A stretch of DNA of 64,000 nucleotides from Alphaproteobacteria bacterium (lineage in GTDB: Bacteria; Pseudomonadota; Alphaproteobacteria; Micavibrionales; UBA2020): assembly GCA_025934695.1 (NCBI GenBank), contig JAICWS010000002.1, positions 770,230 through 834,229 on the forward strand, written 5' to 3'. A program made the translations under genes and the position numbers. The notes beneath the pieces were generated by a model. It was not told the origin of the DNA. It saw nothing but the letters and a program-made list of their open reading frames with translations, and made no database searches. Shown here piece by piece: positions 19,801 to 31,427 of the stretch. How positions within the stretch are numbered: position 1 is the first letter of the stretch; each line of letters starts with the position of its first letter.

Positions 19801-20547
19801 ATGTTGAGCGATCATTCAGTCGGCCCGAAGAACGGCGGAAAGCCGGAATACCTGGTGATCTTCTTCCACGGCTATGGCTCGAACGGCGAACTCATGGCGC
19901 AGCACGTCGGCAACCTCTTGGGGCCCCTGCTGCCCGAAGCCAAGATCCGCTGCCCCGACGGTCCCATCGACATCCATGTGCCGGAAGATAAAAACGGCCC
20001 CGTTCTGAAAAGCTGGTTTGAATTGCGCGACCTGATCGAGGGCGACAAGCCGCCCGACAAGGCCGAAATCGGCAAGCGCGCGACCGCCGCCGCAAAAGAG
20101 ATGAACGACTATATAAATGCCGTCACCGCCGCGGAAGGCATTCCGGATAACCGCGTCATTATCGCCGGTTTTTCGCAGGGCGGGACGATGGCTTTCTATA
20201 CGGCCTTGCTGCGCGACGCGCCGGTCGCCGGTATTTACAGCCTCTCGGGCGGCGCGCTGGATCAATTGCAGAATCCCGTTTCAAAGCCGCCCGTCGGTCT
20301 CGTCGCCGGAGGAAACGAGGAACAGGATTATTCCGGCAAGCCGCATGCATTGGCCGTCCATAAAGCGCTGGACGCAGCGGGCTTTCGCGCCGACTGCGTC
20401 GTCATCGAGGGGCAGGGGCATGATATCAGCTGGAAGTCGATGGAATTGCTGAGTGTTTTTACGCGCGCCGTAGCGAAGAACCCTGATGCCGAACAGGACA
20501 ATGCTCCGCGCCGGCCGCAGCATGGAAAAAAAGGTCCTCAGCCCTGA
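19801..20547 (+). CDS. Alpha/beta hydrolase, phospholipase/carboxylesterase family
   Basis: Motifs LVIFFHGYGSNG, nucleophile elbow GFSQGG, and a C-terminal GQGHDI His motif. Confidence 0.85.
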   Translation: MLSDHSVGPKNGGKPEYLVIFFHGYGSNGELMAQHVGNLLGPLLPEAKIRCPDGPIDIHVPEDKNGPVLKSWFELRDLIEGDKPPDKAEIGKRATAAAKEMNDYINAVTAAEGIPDNRVIIAGFSQGGTMAFYTALLRDAPVAGIYSLSGGALDQLQNPVSKPPVGLVAGGNEEQDYSGKPHALAVHKALDAAGFRADCVVIEGQGHDISWKSMELLSVFTRAVAKNPDAEQDNAPRRPQHGKKGPQP

Positions 20548-21006
20548 AAGCATGCTCCGCAAGGATGAAACCATCCTTTTGCGCTTCTAAAAACCTTCCG
20601 TCGACCGCCGAAGATACTCCAAAAGTGGCGCAGACATTGTCCATAACTTGTCGAATTTCAATGTTCCGGCTTCGTTATGGCGTGTGCGCGAATCTGATTC
20701 GCTCCCCGTTTCCCGCAATTGCCAAGATCACCGCTTCGCCCGGTATTATTGAACAAGTGAGCCCTTGAAGAAACCAGGTCGCTGCGCCATCTCGCTTGAA
20801 TTGGACTTTTGAAAAAAGTTCCAAAGACGCGTACGTACGTCATCCGAAAGTGAATTTTGAAATTATCATCGCCTTTTTTCTTATTACTTGAACGATGATT
20901 TCAGGATTACGGAATAGACGCAGGTTTACCCTTGAAACCCGAAAATTTTTGCTATTCTTTTGTTCGGGAGTACGCAACACCAAAACAACAAGTGGGGTTA
21001 AAACTC

Positions 21007-21612
21007 ATGAAGCGATTTATCAACCCGAGCGACTTGCTCGAGAAGAACCGCATTGCGGCCGACAAGTTCGACAGCGACCGCCGGGGCTTCCTGAAACATG
21101 GAATGCTCTTTACCGCGGCTCTCGGTTTCTGGACGCCGGAACTCGCGAAAGCCTCCACCGGGCCCGCGAACGGCAGGGCCCTCCATTTTACCAACGTGCA
21201 TACGGGTGAAAAATTCCAAGGCGAGTATTGGGCCAATGGCCGCTACCTCCCTGACGCCTTCGGCGAGATCAAGACCGTCATGCGCGACTATCGCACCGGC
21301 GAGAAGTTCCCGATCGACCCCCGTCTTATGGACATCCTTTACGTCCTCCAGCACCGGGTGGAGAACTTCAGCGGCTACGAGGTCTTCTCGGGCTACCGCT
21401 GCGAGGCGACCAACGCCCGCCTGCGCCGCATCAGCCGCGGCGTCGCTGCCCACAGCCTGCACATGACAGGCCAGGCCTGCGACATGAACATGCCGGGCAC
21501 GCGCCTCGCGACCGTGCGCCAGGCCGCCGTCGGCCTCCGCTCGGGGGGCGTCGGCTATTACCCTGTCAGCGACTTCGTCCACGTCGACACGGGCCGCGTC
21601 CGCTACTGGTAA
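21007..21612 (+). CDS. DUF882/YcbK (MepK-like) peptidase M15A family protein with Tat signal
   Basis: Start placed at MKRFINP. Twin-arginine signal DRRGFLKHG. Motifs FSGYRCEATN, AAHSLHMTGQACD and FVHVDTGRVRYW. Confidence 0.9.
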   Translation: MKRFINPSDLLEKNRIAADKFDSDRRGFLKHGMLFTAALGFWTPELAKASTGPANGRALHFTNVHTGEKFQGEYWANGRYLPDAFGEIKTVMRDYRTGEKFPIDPRLMDILYVLQHRVENFSGYEVFSGYRCEATNARLRRISRGVAAHSLHMTGQACDMNMPGTRLATVRQAAVGLRSGGVGYYPVSDFVHVDTGRVRYW

Positions 21613-21733
21613 GCCAAGTCCCTTTTCCATCGCCGCCCCGGTTTTAAGACCGGGGCGGCGATTGCTTTTGGCGAAGATTCGCGGGATGGCATTTTGCTTG
21701 CCGGGTGCTACTATCCTCTCCGGGAAAGAGAGC

Positions 21734-23251
21734 ATGACCGTCCCTTATCACAACCCCATGTCGTTCTGGCTTATGCCGAGCGACGAATTCAACGAATGGC
21801 GCGCGCAGAACGATCTGCCGCAGCTCTATCGTTTTTTCGCCGGACGGCTACCGCATTTCAAAGACTGGCTCGACGAGTTCGGCATCGACGAGGAGATGTT
21901 CTGCAGGGTCGTGCCGACGGGCGCGCTGTTCTTTGGCGAGGGCCGCAAGCTGATCGCGCGCGAAGAGATCGCGAGCGAGAAGAATTCCTTCTATCGGCAC
22001 CGCAACGTCTCGGCGCACGACTTCGAGCGGCGCTATCGCGAGATGGGCCGCCCCGCGCCACCGTACAAGGAATTCGAGCCGTATTTCGCCTGGGCGAAAA
22101 AACACCTGGGGCGCGGGCGCTATTTCCGCCTCGACCCGTCGAACGAGGCGCGCATCGACGGTTTCATCTTCAACCGCTGGACGTCGCACCGCATCCCCGA
22201 AAAAAGCCGCGCGGTGCTGCTGGGCGATTTCGAGGTGCTCAAGCTGGGCGGCGTGACGCTGCAGGAACGCATCTACATGGGCAACCGCAACCTCGACTTT
22301 GCGGACCTCGATTACCTCATCATCAAGGACAAGTGGCACGGGCCCGGCGCGGTCGAGATCAATTTCTCCTCCTGCCGCCACATGGCTTTTTCCGAGACGC
22401 TTTTGTACCACTTCGAATTCCGCGGCTGCGACCTCGACCGGCTACAATGCGTTAAAAGCGACCTGGCGAACTTCAGGTTCATCGACTGCACCGGCAACCA
22501 GCCCTCCTTCAGCGACTGCCGCCTGTCCAAGGTCGCCTTCCTGCGCGGCGCTTTCTTCCCGGAATTCGAGCGTTGCGACATGAAGGACATCGTCTACAAG
22601 CCCGGCCACGGCAGCTCTCCCGCCGCCGTCTCCGACCAGTACCGGCGCCTGCGCACCGCGGCGCAGGGCGCGGGCAAGCGCCACGAAGCCTCGCAGTACT
22701 ATTACCGGGAGCGTAAATACGAACGCAAGGCGCTGGCCAGCCCCTATGCCGAGAACCCGTCGACTTTCTCCGGCTACAGCGGACGCCTGTCAGACGTCGT
22801 CGAGCGCTGGTGGAAGGGCGAGATCACCGGCGTCAAGGCGCTGCGCGATACGATCCGCATCGCGCTGTTTCATCTTGGCGTCTGGACCAGTCCGAAAACT
22901 TTTTCGAAGGCGCTGGGGTTCAAGCTGCGCTATCTCGCGTCATTGTTCGAGGAAATCGTCTGGGGCTATGGCGAACGCCCGTTGCGGATTTTCATGACGG
23001 CCTTCTCGCTGATCGGCCTTTACGCCGCGGTGTATTATTTCTTCGCGCCCGAACTGACGATGGAAGAATCGAAGGCGACGCATCTCGTCAACTCGATCTA
23101 TTTCTCGGTCATCACCTTTACGACGGTAGGCTTCGGCGATATCCTGCCCAAGACGCCGCACATGAAGCTCATCTGCGCATCGGAAGCGCTGTTCGGCTGC
23201 TTCACCATGGGCCTCGTCGTCGCCGGTTTTTCGAACAAGAGTCGCTATTGA
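21734..23251 (+). CDS. Pentapeptide-repeat domain fused to a 2-TM potassium channel pore
   Basis: Start placed at MTVPYHN. The central region has pentapeptide-like repeats (CDLDRLQCVKSDLANFRFIDCTGNQPSFSDCRLSKVAFLRGAFF). The C-terminal pore carries the selectivity filter TTVGFGD between two TM helices. Confidence 0.8.
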   Translation: MTVPYHNPMSFWLMPSDEFNEWRAQNDLPQLYRFFAGRLPHFKDWLDEFGIDEEMFCRVVPTGALFFGEGRKLIAREEIASEKNSFYRHRNVSAHDFERRYREMGRPAPPYKEFEPYFAWAKKHLGRGRYFRLDPSNEARIDGFIFNRWTSHRIPEKSRAVLLGDFEVLKLGGVTLQERIYMGNRNLDFADLDYLIIKDKWHGPGAVEINFSSCRHMAFSETLLYHFEFRGCDLDRLQCVKSDLANFRFIDCTGNQPSFSDCRLSKVAFLRGAFFPEFERCDMKDIVYKPGHGSSPAAVSDQYRRLRTAAQGAGKRHEASQYYYRERKYERKALASPYAENPSTFSGYSGRLSDVVERWWKGEITGVKALRDTIRIALFHLGVWTSPKTFSKALGFKLRYLASLFEEIVWGYGERPLRIFMTAFSLIGLYAAVYYFFAPELTMEESKATHLVNSIYFSVITFTTVGFGDILPKTPHMKLICASEALFGCFTMGLVVAGFSNKSRY

Positions 23252-23305
23252 GAAACCTTTCCGGCAGGTTTATCCTGTCGGGCAAGACAACGACGGAGGA
23301 CTCCA

Positions 23306-23860
23306 ATGATTTCGGCACGCCACATTCTCGCAGCATTCATCATCACGATCGCGCTGGTGTTCGGCGCGGCGACGCAAGTGAGGGCCGACACGGCCGCGGA
23401 GCTGGATCGCGACTCGCACAACGCGCTCGCGAAGCTGTACCGCAACAATGCGACGGCGGAATCGATCGGCAAGAAAGCCAAGGCCGTCCTCATCTTCCCG
23501 AAAATCGTCAAGGCGGGCCTCGTCTTTGGCGGCAGCTACGGCGAAGGCGCGCTGATCATGGGCGGCAAGACGCAGGCCTATTACAGCTCGGCCAGCGCCT
23601 CCTGGGGATTGCAGGCGGGCGCGCAGTCCTACGGCTATGCGCTGTTCCTGATGACCGACAAGGCGATGGAATACGTGAACAAGAGCAAGGGCTGGGAAGT
23701 CGGCGTGGGCCCGACCGTCGTGATTGTGGACGCGGGCGCCGCCAAGAACCTCTCCACCTCGACGCTGAAGGACGATGCCTACGGCTTCATCTTCGGCCAG
23801 CAGGGGCTGATGGCCGGCATCAGCATCGAAGGTTCGAAGGTCACGAAGATCAAGCGCTGA
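23306..23860 (+). CDS. SYLF (Ysc84/DUF500) lipid-binding domain protein, secreted
   Basis: Signal peptide, then VLIFPKIVKAGLVFGGSYGEGALI...WGLQAGAQSYGYALFLM...GISIEGSKV, characteristic of SYLF. GGAGG SD upstream. Confidence 0.85.
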   Translation: MISARHILAAFIITIALVFGAATQVRADTAAELDRDSHNALAKLYRNNATAESIGKKAKAVLIFPKIVKAGLVFGGSYGEGALIMGGKTQAYYSSASASWGLQAGAQSYGYALFLMTDKAMEYVNKSKGWEVGVGPTVVIVDAGAAKNLSTSTLKDDAYGFIFGQQGLMAGISIEGSKVTKIKR

Positions 23861-23987
23861 TATCCAGCTGCCTGAACCAGTCCGCCTTCGCCCTGCGGGC
23901 TACGGCGTGAGAGTCTTCGTGCACCGAAGAAGTACTTCTTGTATTTGGGAGGGGCTCGCCAAGTCGAAGCCCCGAAGGGGCGAAGAC

Positions 23988-24064
23988 TGGTGCGCCCGGC
24001 GGGAGTCGAACCCACAACCTTTGGCTTCGGAGGCCAACACTCTATCCAGTTGAGCTACGGGCGC
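23988..24064 (-). tRNA. tRNA-Arg (anticodon CCG), 77 nt with encoded CCA
   Basis: The reverse complement folds as a cloverleaf. Acceptor stem GCGCCCG/CGGGCGC, D arm GCTC...GAGT, anticodon stem TTGGC/GCCAA with loop CT-CCG-AA, T arm GTGGG-TTCGACT-CCCGC, then discriminator A and CCA. Confidence 0.95.
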
Positions 24065-24123
24065 ACTTGCCCCTAGTTTATCAGGGATTGCAGGGTTTCT
24101 GTCAACAAATCGCGCGAAAGCCC

Positions 24124-24645
24124 TTAATCGTGATATTTTTCAAGCGTGTTCTTCAGCCGGTCGAGCAAAGGCACCAGCTCCCGCTTGAACTGCTCCTGCT
24201 TCTCGTCGGGCACATGGAATGAGATGTTCTTGACCGTCATGTGCGCGGTTTCGTGGATTTCGGCAAGCTCCAGGTTCTGCTGCACCAGTTTGGCGTTGGT
24301 GTCGCGCAGACGCTCGGCCATAAGCCGCATGACGTGCTGGAACAGCCCGTTGGGCTGGCCGATGCTTTCCTCGATGTCGCGTGCGGAGATGACGATGAGC
24401 ACGGAGTCTTCGAGCGTCTTGATGCTGGCGCTGCGCCGGCCGCCCGTAAGAAGGGCCATTTCGCCGATGATGGCGCCCGGGCCCGCTTCCGCGATTTTGA
24501 CGGTGCGGTCCTTCGCGTCGCGCATATAGATTTCGACGTGGCCGCTCTCGATGAGAAAGGCGCGGTTGCCGATGTTGCCCTGTTCGATGACGATCTCGCC
24601 GGCGGGCACGAAACGGCGATCGAGAATCTTGACTTTCCGTGGCAT
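24124..24645 (-). CDS. Cyclic nucleotide-binding domain protein
   Basis: Start placed at MPRKVKIL, with an AGGGGGG SD upstream. cNMP-binding core GNRAFLIESGHVEI...GAIIGEMALLTGGRRSASIKT. The C-terminal helical region has no DNA-binding HTH that I recognise. Confidence 0.85.
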   Translation of the reverse strand: MPRKVKILDRRFVPAGEIVIEQGNIGNRAFLIESGHVEIYMRDAKDRTVKIAEAGPGAIIGEMALLTGGRRSASIKTLEDSVLIVISARDIEESIGQPNGLFQHVMRLMAERLRDTNAKLVQQNLELAEIHETAHMTVKNISFHVPDEKQEQFKRELVPLLDRLKNTLEKYHD

Positions 24646-24848
24646 GGATAAAGTCCCCCCTAGTTTTAAGTATACAGTCACACCCTTTGATATTCCGTTG
24701 ATTATGCATATAATTTTATGAAAATTAAGCCTATATCATCCCTTGGAAGTCCTTGAATTTACATAAAATATTTGAATCCTTGACAGGAGAAGGTCCCGCC
24801 GCATATACAGCTACCTTGGGATTTTATGACGAGTAATGGAGATACGAC

Positions 24849-24983
24849 GTGAAACGCACCTACCAACCCAGCAAGCTGGTCCGCAAACGCCGCCATGGCT
24901 ACCGTGCCCGCATGGCCACCAAGAACGGCCAGAAAGTCGTGGCGGCGCGCCGCGCGAAGGGTCGCAAACGCCTGTCGGCCTGA
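24849..24983 (+). CDS. rpmH: 50S ribosomal protein L34 (below the ORF-track size cut-off)
   Basis: GTG start 7 nt after GGAG. Product is [44 protein letters not shown], 44 aa. Confidence 0.95.
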   Translation: MKRTYQPSKLVRKRRHGYRARMATKNGQKVVAARRAKGRKRLSA

Positions 24984-25318
24984 TGCTGACACTGAAGGCC
25001 TCATCCGATTTCCAGCGCATTGCGAAACAGGGCAAGAAGTGGACGGGGGCAGCCTTCATCATGCTGGGCCTTAAAACAGACAACGAGACAGCGCCGTTCC
25101 GCGTGGGCTTCACAGTCAGCCGCCGCGTCGGCAATGCTGTCGAGCGCAACCGCGCCAAGCGGCGCCTGCGCGAAATGGTCCGCCGCTTCCTGAAACACAA
25201 CAAGCCCCAGGGATTCGATATCGTGCTGATCGCCAAGGCGCAGGCGCGGGAGACGGATTTTTCCACCATATGCGCGGACTTCGAAAAGGGCATGGCCGCC
25301 CTTGCGGGCCGCAGATGA
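24983..25318 (+). CDS. rnpA: Ribonuclease P protein component
   Basis: The ATG overlaps the rpmH stop as TGATG. Motif FRVGFTVSRRVGNAVERNRAKRRLRE. The track ORF from 24836 is an artificial 5' extension. Confidence 0.9.
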   Translation: MLTLKASSDFQRIAKQGKKWTGAAFIMLGLKTDNETAPFRVGFTVSRRVGNAVERNRAKRRLREMVRRFLKHNKPQGFDIVLIAKAQARETDFSTICADFEKGMAALAGRR

Positions 25319-25596
25319 CATGGCCTTCGAAAATCCTGCTCGGGATGATCTGGCTTTACCAGCACAGCTTCTCGGCCTTTATGGGAAGACGCTGCCGCTA
25401 TTATCCGAGCTGCTCCGCCTATACGGCCGGGGCGATCCGGCGCTTCGGCGCGGCAAAGGGGGCGGCGATGGGCGTTTGGCGCATCTGCCGCTGCAATCCC
25501 TGGAGCCGCGGCGGACACGATCCGGTGCCGCAGGAATTCAGCTTGAAGTTTTTCTCTAAAAAACCGGGCTGCTGTGATAGAAATCTGGGCACTTAA
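25315..25596 (+). CDS. yidD: Membrane protein insertion efficiency factor YidD
   Basis: The ATG overlaps the rnpA stop as ATGA. Conserved YQHSFSAFMGRRCRYYPSCSAY and CNPWSRGGHDPVP. Confidence 0.9.
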   Translation: MTWPSKILLGMIWLYQHSFSAFMGRRCRYYPSCSAYTAGAIRRFGAAKGAAMGVWRICRCNPWSRGGHDPVPQEFSLKFFSKKPGCCDRNLGT

Positions 25597-25623
25597 GGGC
25601 ACGACAGAAAGAGACTGCGACAA

Positions 25624-27498
25624 ATGCTGAACATGAGGCCGAACGACCCGAATTCCGCCGAAGACCGCGCCCGCACGATGGTCGCGGTCGTCCTGTCGCT
25701 CGCGATCCTCCTGGCCTATTACATCTTCTATGCCAAGCCGCATGCCGACGCGCTGCGCCAGGCCGAACAGCAAAAGCAGGAACAGCAGCAGTCCACCGCC
25801 GCGCCCGGCAAGCTTGCGCCCGTCGTCGCGCCCGCGGCGTCCAAGCCCATCCTCTCGCGCGAGGAAGCGCTGAAGGAAAGTCCGCGCATTTCCGTCGACG
25901 GCAAGCGTATCGAAGGCTCGATCTCGCTCAAAGGCGCGCGCATCGACGACATCCGCCTCAAGGATTACTACCAGGACCTCTCGAAGACGGAAAAGGTGGC
26001 GCTGCTCTCGCCGGCCGACTCCGCGCGCGGCTATTACGTCGACAACGGCTGGCTCAGCAATCAGTCCGGCCCCGCGCTTCCCGATGCGAACACGGTCTGG
26101 AAGCTCTCCCCCAACGGCGCGCAGACAGTGGCGAGCGGCGGCAAGCCCGTCATCCTCGAATGGGACAACGGGCACGGTTTGAAGTTTGAAACCGACGTCT
26201 CGCTCGACGACAATTATCTTTTCACGATCCGGCAGAGCGTGACGAACAACGGCGCGCAGCCGGTGTCGATCAACCCGTATCACACCACCTCGCGCGACAG
26301 CCTGCCGGTCGATTTCCGCGGCTTTTACGCGCTGCATGAAGGGCCGGTCGCTTTCCTGGGCGGCAAGACGGTCGATCCGCAGTACAAATCGCTGGCGTCC
26401 GGCTCCGGCTATGACATTCCGGACACGACGGGATGGATCGGCATCACCGACCGCTACTGGCTGGTAGCGATGCTGCCCAAACCCGACCAGCAATTCAACG
26501 CCTCCATCAAGGGCAGGAATTACGGGCGCCCCGACCAGCATTACCAGGCCGATATCGTCGACGCGACGGTGACGCTGAAGCCGGGCGAGACGAAGGACGA
26601 GACCAGCTATCTTTATGCCGGCGCGAAAGAGCTCGACCAGATCCAGGGCTACCAGGAAAAGCTGGGCCTCAGGAACTTCGAGCTGACCTTCGACTTCGGC
26701 ATCTACTACCTCATCACCAAGCCCTTCTATTACCTGCTGCGCTTCCTGATCAGCATCTCGGGCAAGATCACGGCTTCGGGGCGGGTGGGCCTCGGCATGC
26801 TGCTCATGACGCTTGTCGTGCGCGGCGGGATGTTCCCGGTCGCCAGCAAGTCGTTCCGCTCGATGGCGATGATGAAAAAGATCCAGCCTCTCATGAAAGA
26901 GATCCAGGAGAAATATAAGGACGACAAGGTCCGCCTGCAGGAGGAGATCTTCGCGCTTTACAAGGAATACAACGTCAACCCGTTCTCGAGCTGCCTGCCG
27001 GTATTCATCCAGATCCCCGTGTTCTTCGGGCTGTACAAAGTCATCCTGCTCTCGATCGAGTTGCGCCAGGCGCCGTTCTGGGGCTGGATCCCCGATCTCT
27101 CGTCGCCCGATCCCACGTCGATCTTCAATCTCTTCGGCCTGCTGCCGTTCGCGCCGCCGTTCTCGCTGACGCTGGGCGCCTGGCCCTGCATCTACTGCCT
27201 GACGATGATCCTCCAAAAACGCGTCAGCCCGCCGCTGCCCGACGCCGCGCAGGAGCGCATGCAGGCCTACTTCCCGTACTTCTTCAGCCTGATGATGTCG
27301 GGTTTCCCGGCGGGTCTCGTCATTTACTACTCCTGGTCGAACTTGCTCGGCGTCTTCCAGCAATATTACATCCTGAAGCAGGTCGGCGGACACGACACCT
27401 CGCTGATCCGCGGCCATTCCGCGCGCCGCAAGCCCAAGGACAAGGGCGATAGCGACAATCCGGCCGCGGCTGCCAGCGACATCAAGCCGCCCAGCTGA
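25624..27498 (+). CDS. yidC: Membrane protein insertase YidC
   Basis: 624 aa. N-terminal TM helix, a large periplasmic domain, and the C-terminal 60-kDa IMP core (MKKIQPLMKEIQEKYKDD, NPFSSCLPVFIQIPVFFGLY). Confidence 0.95.
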   Translation: MLNMRPNDPNSAEDRARTMVAVVLSLAILLAYYIFYAKPHADALRQAEQQKQEQQQSTAAPGKLAPVVAPAASKPILSREEALKESPRISVDGKRIEGSISLKGARIDDIRLKDYYQDLSKTEKVALLSPADSARGYYVDNGWLSNQSGPALPDANTVWKLSPNGAQTVASGGKPVILEWDNGHGLKFETDVSLDDNYLFTIRQSVTNNGAQPVSINPYHTTSRDSLPVDFRGFYALHEGPVAFLGGKTVDPQYKSLASGSGYDIPDTTGWIGITDRYWLVAMLPKPDQQFNASIKGRNYGRPDQHYQADIVDATVTLKPGETKDETSYLYAGAKELDQIQGYQEKLGLRNFELTFDFGIYYLITKPFYYLLRFLISISGKITASGRVGLGMLLMTLVVRGGMFPVASKSFRSMAMMKKIQPLMKEIQEKYKDDKVRLQEEIFALYKEYNVNPFSSCLPVFIQIPVFFGLYKVILLSIELRQAPFWGWIPDLSSPDPTSIFNLFGLLPFAPPFSLTLGAWPCIYCLTMILQKRVSPPLPDAAQERMQAYFPYFFSLMMSGFPAGLVIYYSWSNLLGVFQQYYILKQVGGHDTSLIRGHSARRKPKDKGDSDNPAAAASDIKPPS

Positions 27499-27499
27499 C

Positions 27500-28132
27500 A
27501 TGCACGGCTTTGTCATCGACGATGCGGCGCTCAAATACGGCGAAAAACTTTTCCGCCAGGAATGCCGCTTCGTGGCGGGCGCCGATAATGCGGGCGCGCT
27601 GCCCCCTGACGAACTGCCCGAGATCGCTTTCGCCGGCCGCTCGAACGTCGGCAAATCCAGCCTCATCAACGCGCTGACGGGCCGCAAGGGGTTGGCGCGC
27701 GCCTCCAACACGCCGGGCCGCACGCAACAGATCAACTTCTTCGACCTCGGCGGAACGCTGCGCCTCGTCGATCTGCCGGGCTACGGCTATGCGATCGCGT
27801 CGAAGACGAAAATCGAGAAGTGGAATAATTTCATCCGCGCCTATTTGCGCGGGCGGCGCAGTCTCAAGCGCGTCTGCGTGCTGATCGACGCGCGGCGCGG
27901 CATCATGGCGGTCGACCAGGACACGATGGAGACCCTAAGCCACGCGGGGGTGCCTTATGTCGTCGTCTTCACCAAGGCCGACAAGGCGACTCCGGACGAG
28001 CTCGCCTCGCTTCAAAAGCGCATCGAGGACGAATTACGCGTGACACCCGGCGCCTATCACAAAACCTACGCGACGAGCTCGGCCGATAAAAAAGGCATCG
28101 CAGAGTTGCGTGCCATCCTCGCAGGGCTTTGA
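27500..28132 (+). CDS. engB: Ribosome biogenesis GTPase EngB/YsxC
   Basis: G1 GRSNVGKSSLINAL, G3 DLPGYG, G4 TKADK. Confidence 0.95.
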   Translation: MHGFVIDDAALKYGEKLFRQECRFVAGADNAGALPPDELPEIAFAGRSNVGKSSLINALTGRKGLARASNTPGRTQQINFFDLGGTLRLVDLPGYGYAIASKTKIEKWNNFIRAYLRGRRSLKRVCVLIDARRGIMAVDQDTMETLSHAGVPYVVVFTKADKATPDELASLQKRIEDELRVTPGAYHKTYATSSADKKGIAELRAILAGL

Positions 28133-28231
28133 TATTAGGTAATATTGGGGATAGATACAAATCCGTTACAAACCGATACATAACTTTTACTCTAAAGTTG
28201 TGCGATCTTTGAAAAATGTTTGTTACCTTAT

Positions 28232-28267
28232 AAGGAGAAAGGCATGCGTAATTACCTCCCCAGGTAA
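28232..28267 (+). other. Consensus SD plus a 7-codon mini-ORF (MRNYLPR); possible leader peptide or 5' part of an sRNA
   Basis: AAGGAG (28232-28237), 6-nt spacer, then ATG 28244 ... TAA 28267. The segment contains CCUCCCC, which can pair with GGGGAG at 28279-28284 just before the terminator. Confidence 0.3.
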
Positions 28268-28281
28268 ATGTGTCTTTCGGG

Positions 28282-28315
28282 GAGCCCGGCCCGTTCCGTG
28301 CCGGGCTCTTTTTTT
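28282..28315 (+). terminator. Rho-independent terminator about 150 nt downstream of engB
   Basis: GAGCCCGGC-ccgttccgt-GCCGGGCTC forms a 9-bp GC-rich stem and is followed by TTTTTTT. Confidence 0.85.
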
Positions 28316-28822
28316 GCCTTATTCCCGCCTTAAATCGTAAAATTTGAAACAGGCCCAGTACTTTAGGCGTCCTTTTGACAATGGCCGCCATTCTGGGCGC
28401 CCTCTCCAATGGATACGGAAAATGACGTTGGACAATTCCTGGCCGGTTTAGGGCTGGAGAAGATCGATCGCGCGACACATGCCTCTCTGTGCCATTGCTA
28501 CCGCAAAATCCTGCTCGTTTACGCCCCGCGAAACGCGCGATGAGCGCGCGCGGCGCCGCTGGACTACCGTCGTGTGTGCGAGAGGGACCGGGCGCCGGAA
28601 GGGGTCACGGCGCGGTTGCGTAACATCGAATTTGAACAGGCGCTGAGTAAATAGGCCACGGGCCTCTTTAACCCATTCATAAATAAGCGCCGGACCGCGC
28701 ATTATGTCATTCATTTTTTCTTGATCTTTGCTTCACTTTAGAAGAGGGCGGGTGTATATCTCTTTTTGACTGCGCTCCGGATTCCGGAGGCGATCCCCGA
28801 CAAAAACGGATTCAAAAACGAC

Positions 28823-31356
<2,534 letters not shown>

Positions 31357-31427
31357 TTTTTAGGACTTCTCCGCTTGCGGAAGGCGACTTCCGCAAGCGG
31401 CAATAACAAGAACAACAAGGAATTTTG

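Noticed and set aside
23306-24123. Possible genomic island integrated at tRNA-Arg(CCG)
   Set aside because: No integrase, no direct repeat of the tRNA 3' end that I could spot, and no mobility genes on either side. The neighbours (SYLF protein, cNMP-binding protein) have host-like composition.
24811-27735. 974-aa minus-strand ORF
   Set aside because: It is antisense to the rpmH-rnpA-yidD-yidC-engB block, all of which carry unmistakable family motifs. The product is low-complexity and Arg/Asp/Gly-rich.
28448-28714. 88-aa minus-strand ORF upstream of the cox operon (and 27969-28478, 169 aa)
   Set aside because: There is no SD and no recognisable family, and the second half is Arg/Pro-rich. 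The 169-aa ORF overlaps the engB end and the terminator. It is kept only as a low-priority note in the findings, not as a feature.
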